Of a stretch of 64,000 nucleotides of DNA, positions 9,599 to 18,861 are shown in pieces. Each line of letters begins with the position of its first letter. The first letter of the stretch is position 1. Made by a program: the position numbers and the translations under genes. The DNA lies in the IMG/VR virus record IMGVR_UViG_3300020577_009596, positions 1 through 64,000 of that record; one strand, given 5' to 3'. Below the pieces are notes generated by a model. It ran no database searches and was not told where the DNA came from. It was given only the letters and a program-made list of their open reading frames with translations. The stretch is from a virus. Taxonomy: Duplodnaviria > Caudoviricetes.

Positions 9599-9601
9599 AT
9601 C

Positions 9602-10069
9602 TTATAGCCGCGAGAGTCTCTGATACGGAACTGATTTGTTTAGAACTACCTCTGGGTAGAGAACTTCGGAATACGGATGGGGAGACGTCTTCATCCGCTC
9701 GAAGACACTTCTTCCCAAGTCGTGAGAGTTGTAGTAGTACGCATACTCGCTGTCCTCGCCCCGGCCGCCCTTCCCCTTGAAGACGACCCGCAGCTCGCTC
9801 GCGCCGGAGGAGAACGGGTTGCTCGACCCGCCCTCCCCGTACCGACGTCCGAACTTCCGCTGGAGGCTGTTCTCGCGGGCGTCGACGTACATGAACCGGG
9901 CGATGTGGCTCGTCGGCGGAGCCGTCACCCACTCCTCGGTCGGGGGAGAGGGCGTCTCGTTGAACGGTCGGTCCGACGGGATGCCCTGCTCGAACCGCGG
10001 GGACCAGCCGGTCTCCTGTCGGGGCAGCACCTCGCTCGTCGGCCGGTCCCACGGGTGTCTCTCGCTCAT
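9602..10069 (-). CDS. Hypothetical protein (weakly KTSC-like), with AT-richer replacement C-terminus
   Basis: TSHIARF.Y...ELRVVFK...EYAYY..VFERM pattern. Confidence 0.55.
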   Translation of the reverse strand: MSERHPWDRPTSEVLPRQETGWSPRFEQGIPSDRPFNETPSPPTEEWVTAPPTSHIARFMYVDARENSLQRKFGRRYGEGGSSNPFSSGASELRVVFKGKGGRGEDSEYAYYYNSHDLGRSVFERMKTSPHPYSEVLYPEVVLNKSVPYQRLSRL

Positions 10070-10103
10070 CGCGTCCTCCTGCCCGAATTATAGGTCCGAC
10101 GAG

Positions 10104-10964
10104 TCACTTGCGACCCTTCCTCGGCAGGTCGCCCTGACTGAACTCGCGGATCATCGCGTCGAGGGACCTCTCGTCGGGCGTGTCGAAGTAGCCGACCAGA
10201 TACACTCTCCCGCCCGACCGGAACAGGATCGCTGGATCGCCCTCGACGCGAGGGGGCTCCTTGGACGCGACCCACCGGTCGGGACTCGGACACCACAACA
10301 GGCCGAACTCGTCCCGCTCACGCTCGAGCCGCCCCTCGATCCCACGGTCGAGCAGGTAGACCCCGAACATCCTGCTGAACGCCTTCGCCTTCCGCATCCG
10401 GTCGAACATCTCGGATGTGATCCCGTCCGGATACTTGGTAGTGACGTAGACGCGGGTCCGGGAGTAGTGGACTCCGCCGACCCGCACCGGAGGCAGGTCG
10501 TACCCGCTCCGCTGGTTTGCGGAGTAGACCGACTCACGGGCGTTCCAGCCGGTGGCCTCGGAGTAGCGGCTTTGCCAGTCTCTCAGATCGTCCCAGACCG
10601 TGACGTACTCGGGCAGCTGGACGACCGTCTCGGTCTTCTTGGGCACGTAGTCGTCGGAGACGAGTCCCCTCATCACGACCTGGTCCGGTCGGCTCTCGTC
10701 CCGGCCGACGAGATAGCTCAGACTCCTCTGAGCGAACGAGAGGTCGATCGAGGCGTAGCGGGTCATCATCCAGCGGTACTCGGCCGCCGCGACCAGCCGC
10801 TCGCGGAGCGAGTCGCACTCCTCGGCGTTGAGACCGATGTCGCGAGCCTTCGCGGTCACCTCGCCGATCCTTTCCTTGAGCTGGTCGACGATGCCGGCGA
10901 GGTCATCCTCGCGAGGCTTCTCCGTCTGGGCGTCGACTACCGTGCGGAACTCAGCTGTCGTCAT
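10104..10964 (-). CDS. Hypothetical protein
   Basis: 286-aa ORF with phage-like codon usage and GGAG RBS. Confidence 0.65.
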   Translation of the reverse strand: MTTAEFRTVVDAQTEKPREDDLAGIVDQLKERIGEVTAKARDIGLNAEECDSLRERLVAAAEYRWMMTRYASIDLSFAQRSLSYLVGRDESRPDQVVMRGLVSDDYVPKKTETVVQLPEYVTVWDDLRDWQSRYSEATGWNARESVYSANQRSGYDLPPVRVGGVHYSRTRVYVTTKYPDGITSEMFDRMRKAKAFSRMFGVYLLDRGIEGRLERERDEFGLLWCPSPDRWVASKEPPRVEGDPAILFRSGGRVYLVGYFDTPDERSLDAMIREFSQGDLPRKGRK

Positions 10965-11202
10965 GGCATTCTCCCTGGGTTGGTGCTTCGGTCAGGTTCT
11001 CCAGCGTCTCCTCCAGGATCTGGTCGAGCCACTGACGGACGCACTCGGTCCCGAACCGCCGGACGACGGCGCGGACCATGAGGTTGCACTCGCTCTCCAC
11101 GAGCGGGCGGACGTTGGGGGCGATCTTGAGGATCGTCCGGAGCCTCTTGGCGGAGTCGGCCATGCGGCAGTCGTCGAGGCTCCGGTACGGGGCGAAGGAC
11201 AT
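10951..11202 (-). CDS. Hypothetical protein
   Basis: Start MSFAPY after GGAG RBS and GGTTATACT motif. Confidence 0.55.
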   Translation of the reverse strand: MSFAPYRSLDDCRMADSAKRLRTILKIAPNVRPLVESECNLMVRAVVRRFGTECVRQWLDQILEETLENLTEAPTQGECHDDS

Positions 11203-11239
11203 AGTGCGGTCTCCCTGGTGAGGATTTAAGTATAACCTA

Positions 11240-13345
11240 TCAGTCCGGCTTGATGCCGAGGGCGATCTCCGTGTCGCGGATCGAGGTCGTCCTCGCGTCC
11301 TCGCTCTCCGGCACGTCCCTGAGGGCCGCATCGACCTCCTGAATGCTCAGCCGGTGGATCCGGCAGCAGGTGTCGTCGATCCCGAGGGCGAGCCACCAGC
11401 TGCCGTAGGCGAGGACCGCCCCGCCCGGCCACACGACGTACCGCTTGACGACCGTCTCGTCGATCGCCGGCAGGTCCGGCCAGATCAGCGGCGTCGGGGT
11501 CTGGCGGAGGACCCGGTACGGCGGTCGCCCCTCCGTGACGAGGCAGCCGACCGTGTAGACCGTCCCCTGAGGCCGCTTCAGGGCACCGTGGAAGAAGTAG
11601 TACAGGACCTCGCCGTCCCCGAGGTCGATCCGGACCGGAGCCGCCCCGCCGCGAATCACCCCGCCGGTCCAGGGGAGGGGGTTCGGAGTCGCGTGGGTCG
11701 TGACGTCGGGGATCTCGTCGGACGGGTGTGAGAAGTCCCCCGGCTCGATCACGACGTGGTACGGCTTCCAGGCGTACGACCACTTCAGCTGCCGCTCGTT
11801 CGGGTCCCAGAACGGGATCCAGTTCTTCTCGTACAGGTTCCCCGGCGGGCTCTTGAACACCTCCGTGTGCTCGATCCGCTGGAGGTCCTCGCTGAACACG
11901 ACGTAGCCGACCTGGACCAGCTTCGGGGGGTAGCCGTCGGGCAGGTTGAACATCGAGCACAGCCGCCGCTCGGAGTCCGGGGTCGGCCAGGGCATCGTGA
12001 ACAGGCGGGGGTCCTCTAGCCGCGGGGCCTCCGGGTGGTCCGAGCCGACCGAGCTGACGGGCTCGCAGACCCACTCGGGGTCGTCGTAGGTGATGTGCTG
12101 GACGTCGGGGAGGCCTCCCTTGCCCTCGAGGCTGACGGCGTCGATCCTCGCCCCCCACTGGGGTAGCGGGCTCTTGAGGTCCCACAGGGCGACCTTGCTG
12201 TGCCCCCAGCTGTCGCGGGTCGCGAGGATCATCCGGCCCCGGTAGACGCACAGGCTCGGGTTGAAGTGCCCCTCGGGGAGCGGCAGGCGGGGCCGGACGC
12301 GGTCGGCGGGGGCCATCTCGGCGCGGAGCTCGCACGTCTCGCACGGGGTGGCGACGGCCTGGCGTCCGACCGCGTCGTTGAACGTGACCGGCAGGGACTG
12401 GCGGCGGCTGAAGCAAGGGCGGTTGAGGCGTGCGCACTGGTCGAGGGGGATCGACCGGCTCCCGACCGACCCGACGATCTCGAGGCTCTCGCCGCGGTAG
12501 ATGCACGGGAACGGGTCGGTCAGCCGGAGGCTCGCCGCGAGGACGTCCGCCGACTGCTCGACCGGCCGCTGCTCCCTCTTGGCCTCGGTCTCGACGTACC
12601 TCGCCGCGGCAGACGAGTCCCGGTCGGGGCCGTCCGCCTCGCTCACGGTCGACGGTGCCCACTCCGGCGTGCCCGTGCCCTCGTGGTCGTAGGTCCGCTG
12701 CCGGACGAGCGAGGGGAGCACCGCGCACCAGTTCAGTAGACCCCTGCTCAGGACCCGCTCGTACAGCTGCTGGTCGACGTTCCGCTCGGCGAAGGCCATG
12801 TTGTCGAGCAGGACCGGCAGGGCGCGGCGGCGGACCATGTAGGCGTGCGTCCCCCACGGCCACTCGAGGCGGCACAGGCGGGAACCCGGCGGCCCGATCC
12901 GCTCCGTGATCTTGTTCCAGACCCGCGGACCCTCCGGCTCGGCCAGGCCGAGGAAGACGAAGTCCCAGTCGGGGTTGTATTGGTTGAGTTGGTGGGAGAC
13001 CTCGCTCTGGATCGCTCCGAGAGAGGCGTGAGGAATGTAGACGTCGTCCTCCAATACGATCCAGGCGTCAATCGAGGTAAGGGATGAGCACTTACCCCCG
13101 CCGTACTGGGGAGGAAGGTTCAAGAGATGGTTCCACAGCGTCCAGTGGCCGAGCAGGAGGCCGACGTGGCCTGGGCTGATCCGCCGCCCGGCGTCGTACT
13201 CCCGGACGGTCTCGAGCCCCCACGTCTTGCCGTGGACGCTCCTCCACCAGACGGGGTCGACTCCGACGGACCGGAGGTGGTCGAGGCAGAGCTGCTTGCG
13301 ACGAGGGAGCTCCTCGCAGCCGAGAACGTACACAGGTAGGGGCAC
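11240..13345 (-). CDS. Glycosyltransferase family 25 fused to GH130/GH43-like beta-propeller glycosidase
   Basis: GHVGLLLGH..IVLEDD..GTHAYMV (GT25); FNPS..LEDPRL..EKNWIPF..RGGA..VVWPGG..GIDD (propeller). Confidence 0.75.
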   Translation of the reverse strand: MPLPVYVLGCEELPRRKQLCLDHLRSVGVDPVWWRSVHGKTWGLETVREYDAGRRISPGHVGLLLGHWTLWNHLLNLPPQYGGGKCSSLTSIDAWIVLEDDVYIPHASLGAIQSEVSHQLNQYNPDWDFVFLGLAEPEGPRVWNKITERIGPPGSRLCRLEWPWGTHAYMVRRRALPVLLDNMAFAERNVDQQLYERVLSRGLLNWCAVLPSLVRQRTYDHEGTGTPEWAPSTVSEADGPDRDSSAAARYVETEAKREQRPVEQSADVLAASLRLTDPFPCIYRGESLEIVGSVGSRSIPLDQCARLNRPCFSRRQSLPVTFNDAVGRQAVATPCETCELRAEMAPADRVRPRLPLPEGHFNPSLCVYRGRMILATRDSWGHSKVALWDLKSPLPQWGARIDAVSLEGKGGLPDVQHITYDDPEWVCEPVSSVGSDHPEAPRLEDPRLFTMPWPTPDSERRLCSMFNLPDGYPPKLVQVGYVVFSEDLQRIEHTEVFKSPPGNLYEKNWIPFWDPNERQLKWSYAWKPYHVVIEPGDFSHPSDEIPDVTTHATPNPLPWTGGVIRGGAAPVRIDLGDGEVLYYFFHGALKRPQGTVYTVGCLVTEGRPPYRVLRQTPTPLIWPDLPAIDETVVKRYVVWPGGAVLAYGSWWLALGIDDTCCRIHRLSIQEVDAALRDVPESEDARTTSIRDTEIALGIKPD

Positions 13346-13378
13346 GGCGAGTTCCTGAGGGAAAGGGTTATATCTTAA

Positions 13379-14185
13379 CTACTCCGGCATCACGAACTCC
13401 ACCCCCGGCCAATCCTCGCACTCCCACAGGTTCAGCGGGTTGCCGCGGCATGAGCATGGGGCTAAGTATCCATGTGCTTCCGACTGGTAAGTGCCCCGCC
13501 CATCGCACACGTCGCACTTCACGCGGTCGAAGCGGTAGCCATTGATGATGAAGTAGTCATCGGAACCTCCAGCCCAATAGCCTTCCGGCCACGTCGTCAG
13601 CCGCACCGTCTCCAGCGGTTGGCAGGAGGCCACGAACGGGCGTTGCACCTTGCCGGTGCCTCTCTTCCCTGTTCCCGACACGCCGCCGCATCTTTTGCAT
13701 TCCGCCTCTGAGCAGTCTGCGTATGCGCCATGCCCGCCACATTCGTCGCACGCCACAGTCTGCCTCGAGCTCCAAAACAGCCCGGCGTGGTGACGCAGCC
13801 AGGATGACCAATCGAGCGTGACGGATCGCAAAAAACCCCGCCGCCAATCGTCCGGGGTCGCAACGTGAGCCGGAAAGGTGTAGTCGGGAACGCCATTCTT
13901 CGGCCAATGCCAGAGGATAAGACTCCGGCTAGTGAGGTACTCGCGACGGCGCAGAACGCACACGTCGCCACGGCAATGTGCAGTAAAGTGGCGTTGCTTG
14001 TTCTGAACCTTCTCACATCGGTTGCACATGAGATTGCGGCGTCTCGCCAACTCGCACTGCACGCGGATGAACTCAGCCCGCTCAGCCTCCCCCGCCTCAT
14101 CCAGCCAGTCGGCATAGATGAGCCGGGGAAGGTCTTCCCGTGGGTTCTCGATGATGGAGCGGAGCAAGGCGTCACTCTGGTTCAT
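13379..14185 (-). CDS. TIGR02996-domain protein with CxxCxGxG zinc fingers
   Basis: ALLRSIIENPREDLPRLIYADWLDEAG..RAEFIRVQCEL. Confidence 0.85.
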   Translation of the reverse strand: MNQSDALLRSIIENPREDLPRLIYADWLDEAGEAERAEFIRVQCELARRRNLMCNRCEKVQNKQRHFTAHCRGDVCVLRRREYLTSRSLILWHWPKNGVPDYTFPAHVATPDDWRRGFLRSVTLDWSSWLRHHAGLFWSSRQTVACDECGGHGAYADCSEAECKRCGGVSGTGKRGTGKVQRPFVASCQPLETVRLTTWPEGYWAGGSDDYFIINGYRFDRVKCDVCDGRGTYQSEAHGYLAPCSCRGNPLNLWECEDWPGVEFVMPE

Positions 14186-14362
14186 CGCTTCCTCCGTGCT
14201 TGCTTCGCTATTGCAACCAGGCACCAGTAGACCATGAGTCGTCGCCGGTTCATGTTCGATCCCGATTGGGGTAGAAAAACTCCACGATCTTGATGATCAG
14301 CATGGCGGCCATGACTACCACAACAAGACCGCCGCTTATGACAGCCAGTAAACTTTCATCGC

Positions 14363-14965
14363 TCATAGCGTCTCCCCCTCCATCGCCACCGCCTTCCGCA
14401 GTGCGTCCAACTCGGCCTCGTCCTCCGGGGAGAGGGGTAGGGGCCGCCAGTGAGTTGGATTCCATGTGATGTCCCGAGGGTGCAACTTGAAGACGATGAC
14501 TTCTTCCCACTGAAGAACGCCGTCAACACTTCCGCAGGAACGCTTGGACGGCTTCATCGCACCGAACACCGGAACGCCACACTTGTACGCCATGAACAGC
14601 GACCCGTCTTTCGGTGCCGTCTCGATCGGCCGCCACCGCTCGTCCACCTCCACGCGGGTCAGCAGGTTACGGAGCCGAGCGTTCTCGGTTTCGAGGGTGG
14701 CAATCGTTGCGTCAGATCGGCCTCTTTCGGAAGCCGCCGCCAACGACTCTTCCTTGAGCCGGGTGACTTCGGCGAGGGCCGCATCGTGTTCAGCCCGCAG
14801 TGCGGTGGCTTCCTCGGCGGCGGCGAGCAGGGCGACATAGGCTTCGCGAGATACATTCCCGAACCGATAGTGGTAGTGCCCCTCGCCCGTGTCCATCCAC
14901 GGCGTTGAGTCGCTTGTGGCTCGCAACTCCGCGATCCGCTCCGGTGTCAGCGCGGTGTCACTCAT
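14363..14965 (-). CDS. DUF551-like phage protein with coiled coil
   Basis: WRPIETAPKDG...PTHWRPLP. Confidence 0.7.
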   Translation of the reverse strand: MSDTALTPERIAELRATSDSTPWMDTGEGHYHYRFGNVSREAYVALLAAAEEATALRAEHDAALAEVTRLKEESLAAASERGRSDATIATLETENARLRNLLTRVEVDERWRPIETAPKDGSLFMAYKCGVPVFGAMKPSKRSCGSVDGVLQWEEVIVFKLHPRDITWNPTHWRPLPLSPEDEAELDALRKAVAMEGETL

Positions 14966-15240
14966 GACGTTCCTCCGTGTAGTTCGTTGAACAATGCCGT
15001 GTCGTTCGCGACGCACGCTTCCAACTCCGCCACCCGCTCACGCAGGCTCGCGATCTCCTCGGCTTGCCGCCGCACCTCGGCCACGAGAGCGAGGCATGTC
15101 TCGCGGTCGAATCGCACCACAGGCTTGATCCCGTGCTTAGCAAGCCACTTCGCGTCCGCCCCGCACGGCTGCTCTTCTGCCACTCGCTCCAACTCGCTCA
15201 GCGGGATCACGCGGCCGTCCGCCGTGATGGTGTCGCTCAC
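14962..15240 (-). CDS. Ead/Ea22-like protein
   Basis: FDRETCLALVAEVRR, shared with 22223..22831. Confidence 0.5.
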   Translation of the reverse strand: MSDTITADGRVIPLSELERVAEEQPCGADAKWLAKHGIKPVVRFDRETCLALVAEVRRQAEEIASLRERVAELEACVANDTALFNELHGGTS

Positions 15241-15430
15241 TTCATTGCCTCCATGAATGCAGAGACTCCGAGAAGAACACCCATCGCCAGAAACGTGGGC
15301 ACGAGTATCCACGACAGGATGCGAATCGACCGCCAAGAGTCATGAGTCGCGTCGTACAGATTCTTGGCAGCGGCAAGCCCGCATATCAGACTGCCGAAGG
15401 CGAACACGACGACATCAGGCTGTGTGGTCA

Positions 15431-15700
15431 CTACTCGCTCCTGTTGAGAATCGCTGCGGCAAGCGCGGCGGCCGTGACTGACTTGTGCCACTGAATGCGT
15501 CCGTCAAACTCGGCCCCGTCACGCATGAATGTTTGCTCTCTTGCCCGTCGCATATCAGCTTCGTCGCTACACACCTTCGCACACGCCTTCCTCTCAGCAC
15601 GCACAGCCGCGTCGATGGCCTGTCGCAGCCGGTCGCGAGCATCGTAATACAGGGCAGTCCGAATAACCCGCAGGTGCCGGTCCAGTTCGTCGTCGCTCAT
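15431..15700 (-). CDS. Hypothetical protein
   Basis: AVRAERKACAKVC...AAAILNR motif common in small phage proteins. Confidence 0.55.
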   Translation of the reverse strand: MSDDELDRHLRVIRTALYYDARDRLRQAIDAAVRAERKACAKVCSDEADMRRAREQTFMRDGAEFDGRIQWHKSVTAAALAAAILNRSE

Positions 15701-16185
15701 GATGCGTTGCCCTCTCCACGACTGATCGCAAGGTCTTCCAGAAACAACACAAACGACACTCGCAATTCGTCGTCTCGCGTGGTGCTTAGCAATTTCTCAG
15801 CAATCGCGATGCACTTCGCGGTTCGCTCAAGGTGCATGTTCCCACGATTGAGGCTGGACACCTCGAACAGCAGACCACGCAAGGCTTGCAGTTCATCCCA
15901 CCTGTCCTCCGGCCAGTTCAGCGTCACCTTCATCTCAGCACCCTCCACAGCACCCACGCCGCCAACCCGATCCCACAACACCACGCGGCGGCGATGACCG
16001 TGGCGAGCGTGTATAGCCGTTTCATGATGCCCGCCTGACTTCAGACGCTGAGCCATCTCATACGCTTCATCCAGCGGCCACGACGCAAGGCAAGACGGCG
16101 GATGCCACCAACCGCGAAGGTTTTGCAGCCATCCGCCTTCGATCAGGTACAGGACCTTTTCTTCGCCCGTGATAGTCGCCATCAC
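15697..16185 (-). CDS. Hypothetical protein (may be two merged small ORFs)
   Basis: ORF downstream of GGTTATACT motif; internal RBS and ATG near 15933. Confidence 0.4.
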   Translation of the reverse strand: MMATITGEEKVLYLIEGGWLQNLRGWWHPPSCLASWPLDEAYEMAQRLKSGGHHETAIHARHGHRRRVVLWDRVGGVGAVEGAEMKVTLNWPEDRWDELQALRGLLFEVSSLNRGNMHLERTAKCIAIAEKLLSTTRDDELRVSFVLFLEDLAISRGEGNAS

Positions 16186-16233
16186 TTCACCTCCGTCAGT
16201 GGCTGCATACGCGGCATCCAGTTTAAGTATAAC

Positions 16234-18231
16234 CTAATCGTCCCGCCCGACCACCTGCGGGCTCCAGTCGGGGACGCGGTGGTGGCTGAGGAGGAAGGCG
16301 TCCGCGTCGTCGGGGCTGCGTCGGAGCCGCTTCTTGACCTCGTCCTTGCTCTCGACGAACCGGCAGCCGTTCCCGCGGACCTCGTAGAACGGGGTGAGCA
16401 GCTGGATCTTCATCCGGTCGAGGACCTCCGGCGGGAGGCGGCTGAGGTCGATCAGGCCCGCCGCGCCGAGGGCCGCCCCCTCGCACCAGATCTCGGACCG
16501 CGTGTTGTAGTACATCGGCATCCCGGTCGGGCTGATCATGCCGGACGAGGAGCCGACCGTCACCATCCGCCAGCCCTCGAACTCGTCGCGGTGCGAGTGG
16601 ATCCCGATCCCGTAGCCGCCGTCGCCCTCGAGCACGACCACGACCTCCTCCGGCCTCAGCTTGGGCGCGCCGGGGAACGTCGCCCACGAGTCGTAGAGGG
16701 AGGCGTACTCCCGGCACAGCTCCTTCAGCCGACCCGCGCTGCGGCCGGGGCTCCAGCCGTTGTGGGCCTCGTGGTGGAGGCTGACCGGCCCGCTCCGGAC
16801 GTGGAACACGGTGTCGTCGTCGCCGTAGCCGCTCGCGTCGACTCCGATCGTGACGCCATGCCGCTGCAGCCAGCACGAGACCAGCTGCTGCCGGGGGTCG
16901 GGTCGGGGCGTGACGCAGACCGTCCAGACGTCCTCGCCCCAGACCGTGTCGATCCCGCCCGTCGGCCGGACGCCCATGCACGCCGCTAGGAACCACGGGC
17001 CGGGTCGCCACCACTTGCCGCCTCCGACGACGCCAGATCCGTCGCAGTCCGGACATCGCTGATCCGCCACCGGACCGGTCGTCCCGCTCGACTCAGTACC
17101 GTCTCCAGATGGTCCCTCGCCTCCCCCTCGCTGTAGAAGTATCGGCGGTGAGACAGCCTGCCCTCGTTCCACATCAGACGGAAGACCGGCTGCTCGCTCC
17201 TCTCCTCCCAACCGATCACCGTCCCGCCACTCTCTGCGACTGACTTCAGCTTCTCCTCCAGACGCTCCCGTGTCCCCTCCGGTCCGGTCCCCCAGACCGT
17301 GAGATGGTCCTCCGCGTTCCTGTACCTCAGACGGAATTGACTCATCTCTCGCTCCTCTGCACTTCGGACACGGCCGCGCGGGGGGCCACTCGACGTCTCG
17401 CGGCTTGACGTCGGCGGGGTCTACGGGCGTACAGCGGGAGTGGACCCACTGGTCGACCTGGTGGACGGAGACTGCGTTGGGGACGACGGGCGGCAGGCCG
17501 TCCAGCTCGGCTCGGATGTTCGGGTGATTGAGGGCGGAGAGGCTGATCACGTCCCACTTCGGGTTCCCGTCGCGGTCGGTCGCGAGGTCCTCGAGGTAGC
17601 TCTGCGTGCTCGTCGTGTACGGGTTGCCGATGGCGAGCCAGGCGTGGTCCTGGCCGGGAATGTACATCGTGTCGGTCGCGTTCCAGTAGACCGCGTCCAC
17701 GCCCTCGGCCTCGTCGAAGACGAACAGCATGTTCGGGCGGTGACGACCGTGGAACCCCTCGCGGCTCGCCGCCGTGATGCCCTCCGCCCAGTGGTCCGGG
17801 TGGTCGTACAGCTTGGGGGCCTTGGGCATCAGGAACGTCGGGAGCGGGACCCTCGCCCGCATGATCAGGAGGCGGACCTCCGTCCACAGCACCGTCTCGA
17901 CGTGGGCGCGGGTCGGGGCCGTCGTCACCGCCACGCCGGGGTCCCGCGTGTAGAACCACCAGACGATCGCGCAGGCTGCGACGAACGACTTCCCCAGCGA
18001 GTGACCAGAGTTCACCTTGACCCGCCGCCCCTTGGCGAGCTGGGACAGCACCCTCTCCTGGTCCGGGGTCAGCGTGACGCCGAGGACGTCCCGGCAGAAG
18101 CCGACGGGGTCGTACCGGTACTTGGTCAGGTCGGGGAGGTCCTGCCCCGCCGGTCCCTCCAGGACGGCGAGGATCCGCCTCTTGGGGTAGAGGCGGCGGA
18201 GGTGCTTGGCGAGTCTCTCGGCGGGCGTCAT
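16234..18231 (-). CDS. terL: Terminase large subunit with in-frame insertion
   Basis: SGHSLGKS Walker A, VFDEAEGV Walker B, AIGNP coupling motif, IGVDASGYGDD and RSPDDADA nuclease motifs. Confidence 0.9.
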   Translation of the reverse strand: MTPAERLAKHLRRLYPKRRILAVLEGPAGQDLPDLTKYRYDPVGFCRDVLGVTLTPDQERVLSQLAKGRRVKVNSGHSLGKSFVAACAIVWWFYTRDPGVAVTTAPTRAHVETVLWTEVRLLIMRARVPLPTFLMPKAPKLYDHPDHWAEGITAASREGFHGRHRPNMLFVFDEAEGVDAVYWNATDTMYIPGQDHAWLAIGNPYTTSTQSYLEDLATDRDGNPKWDVISLSALNHPNIRAELDGLPPVVPNAVSVHQVDQWVHSRCTPVDPADVKPRDVEWPPARPCPKCRGARDESIPSEVQERGGPSHGLGDRTGGDTGASGGEAEVSRREWRDGDRLGGEERAAGLPSDVERGQAVSPPILLQRGGGEGPSGDGTESSGTTGPVADQRCPDCDGSGVVGGGKWWRPGPWFLAACMGVRPTGGIDTVWGEDVWTVCVTPRPDPRQQLVSCWLQRHGVTIGVDASGYGDDDTVFHVRSGPVSLHHEAHNGWSPGRSAGRLKELCREYASLYDSWATFPGAPKLRPEEVVVVLEGDGGYGIGIHSHRDEFEGWRMVTVGSSSGMISPTGMPMYYNTRSEIWCEGAALGAAGLIDLSRLPPEVLDRMKIQLLTPFYEVRGNGCRFVESKDEVKKRLRRSPDDADAFLLSHHRVPDWSPQVVGRDD
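16986..17345 (-). CDS. Putative nested gene inside the terL insertion
   Basis: AGGAG RBS 7 nt before ATG; protein-like composition while the terL frame here is low-complexity. Confidence 0.5.
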   Translation of the reverse strand: MSQFRLRYRNAEDHLTVWGTGPEGTRERLEEKLKSVAESGGTVIGWEERSEQPVFRLMWNEGRLSHRRYFYSEGEARDHLETVLSRAGRPVRWRISDVRTATDLASSEAASGGDPARGS

Positions 18232-18249
18232 ACCGCTAGTCTAGCGGTT

Positions 18250-18459
18250 CTAGAAGATCATCCAATCGATCGGATCGTCCTCCGAGGTGATCGTCGCGAC
18301 GAGGTACTCCTTGAGGATCTCCTCACTGATCATCTGCCAGCCCTCGCAAGACTCGTCCCCGCACCGACACGGGAACGCTCGCCTCCCAGTCGCGTGGAGC
18401 TGCTCGACGGTCTTCCCAGACCGTTCGGCGTAGCCCTGCTCGAACTCGTCAAGCGTCAT
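18250..18459 (-). CDS. Hypothetical Cys-rich protein
   Basis: EFEQGYAERSG...PCRCGDESCEGWQM. Confidence 0.6.
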   Translation of the reverse strand: MTLDEFEQGYAERSGKTVEQLHATGRRAFPCRCGDESCEGWQMISEEILKEYLVATITSEDDPIDWMIF

Positions 18460-18854
18460 CCTCGTCCCCCGCCCTCGTCACGGACCCACTTGAGGCTCGG
18501 GACGTAACGCCCGCGTCCGGTCGCCGCTCGCTGGAGGAGGCCGTCTCGGACCATCCTCTTGACGATGCCCGCGACGGTCTGGTTGGTCACTCCGAGGCGG
18601 CGAGCGATCTGTCTCTGGTCGGCCCCCTGGCCGAGCATGGCTACGACGACCGACCGGCTCTTGGCGTCGGGTGAGCCCTTGACCACCGACCGCCAGCCCT
18701 CGCGGGACATCAGGCACTCGACCGCGTGCGGGCTCCGGGACGTCCCGAACCGCTCGCCGACCTCCTCGGCGACCTCCTCGCGAGAGTAGCCGAGCGAGAC
18801 CAGCTCACGGACCGCCTCCCGCTCCGCCTCCGTCCAGGACGGCCCCCGAGACAT
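18456..18854 (-). CDS. Double-HTH DNA-binding protein
   Basis: WTEAE..GYSREEVAEE (Myb/GcrA-like) and QRQIARRLGVTNQTV. Confidence 0.7.
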   Translation of the reverse strand: MSRGPSWTEAEREAVRELVSLGYSREEVAEEVGERFGTSRSPHAVECLMSREGWRSVVKGSPDAKSRSVVVAMLGQGADQRQIARRLGVTNQTVAGIVKRMVRDGLLQRAATGRGRYVPSLKWVRDEGGGRG

Positions 18855-18861
18855 CGGCACC

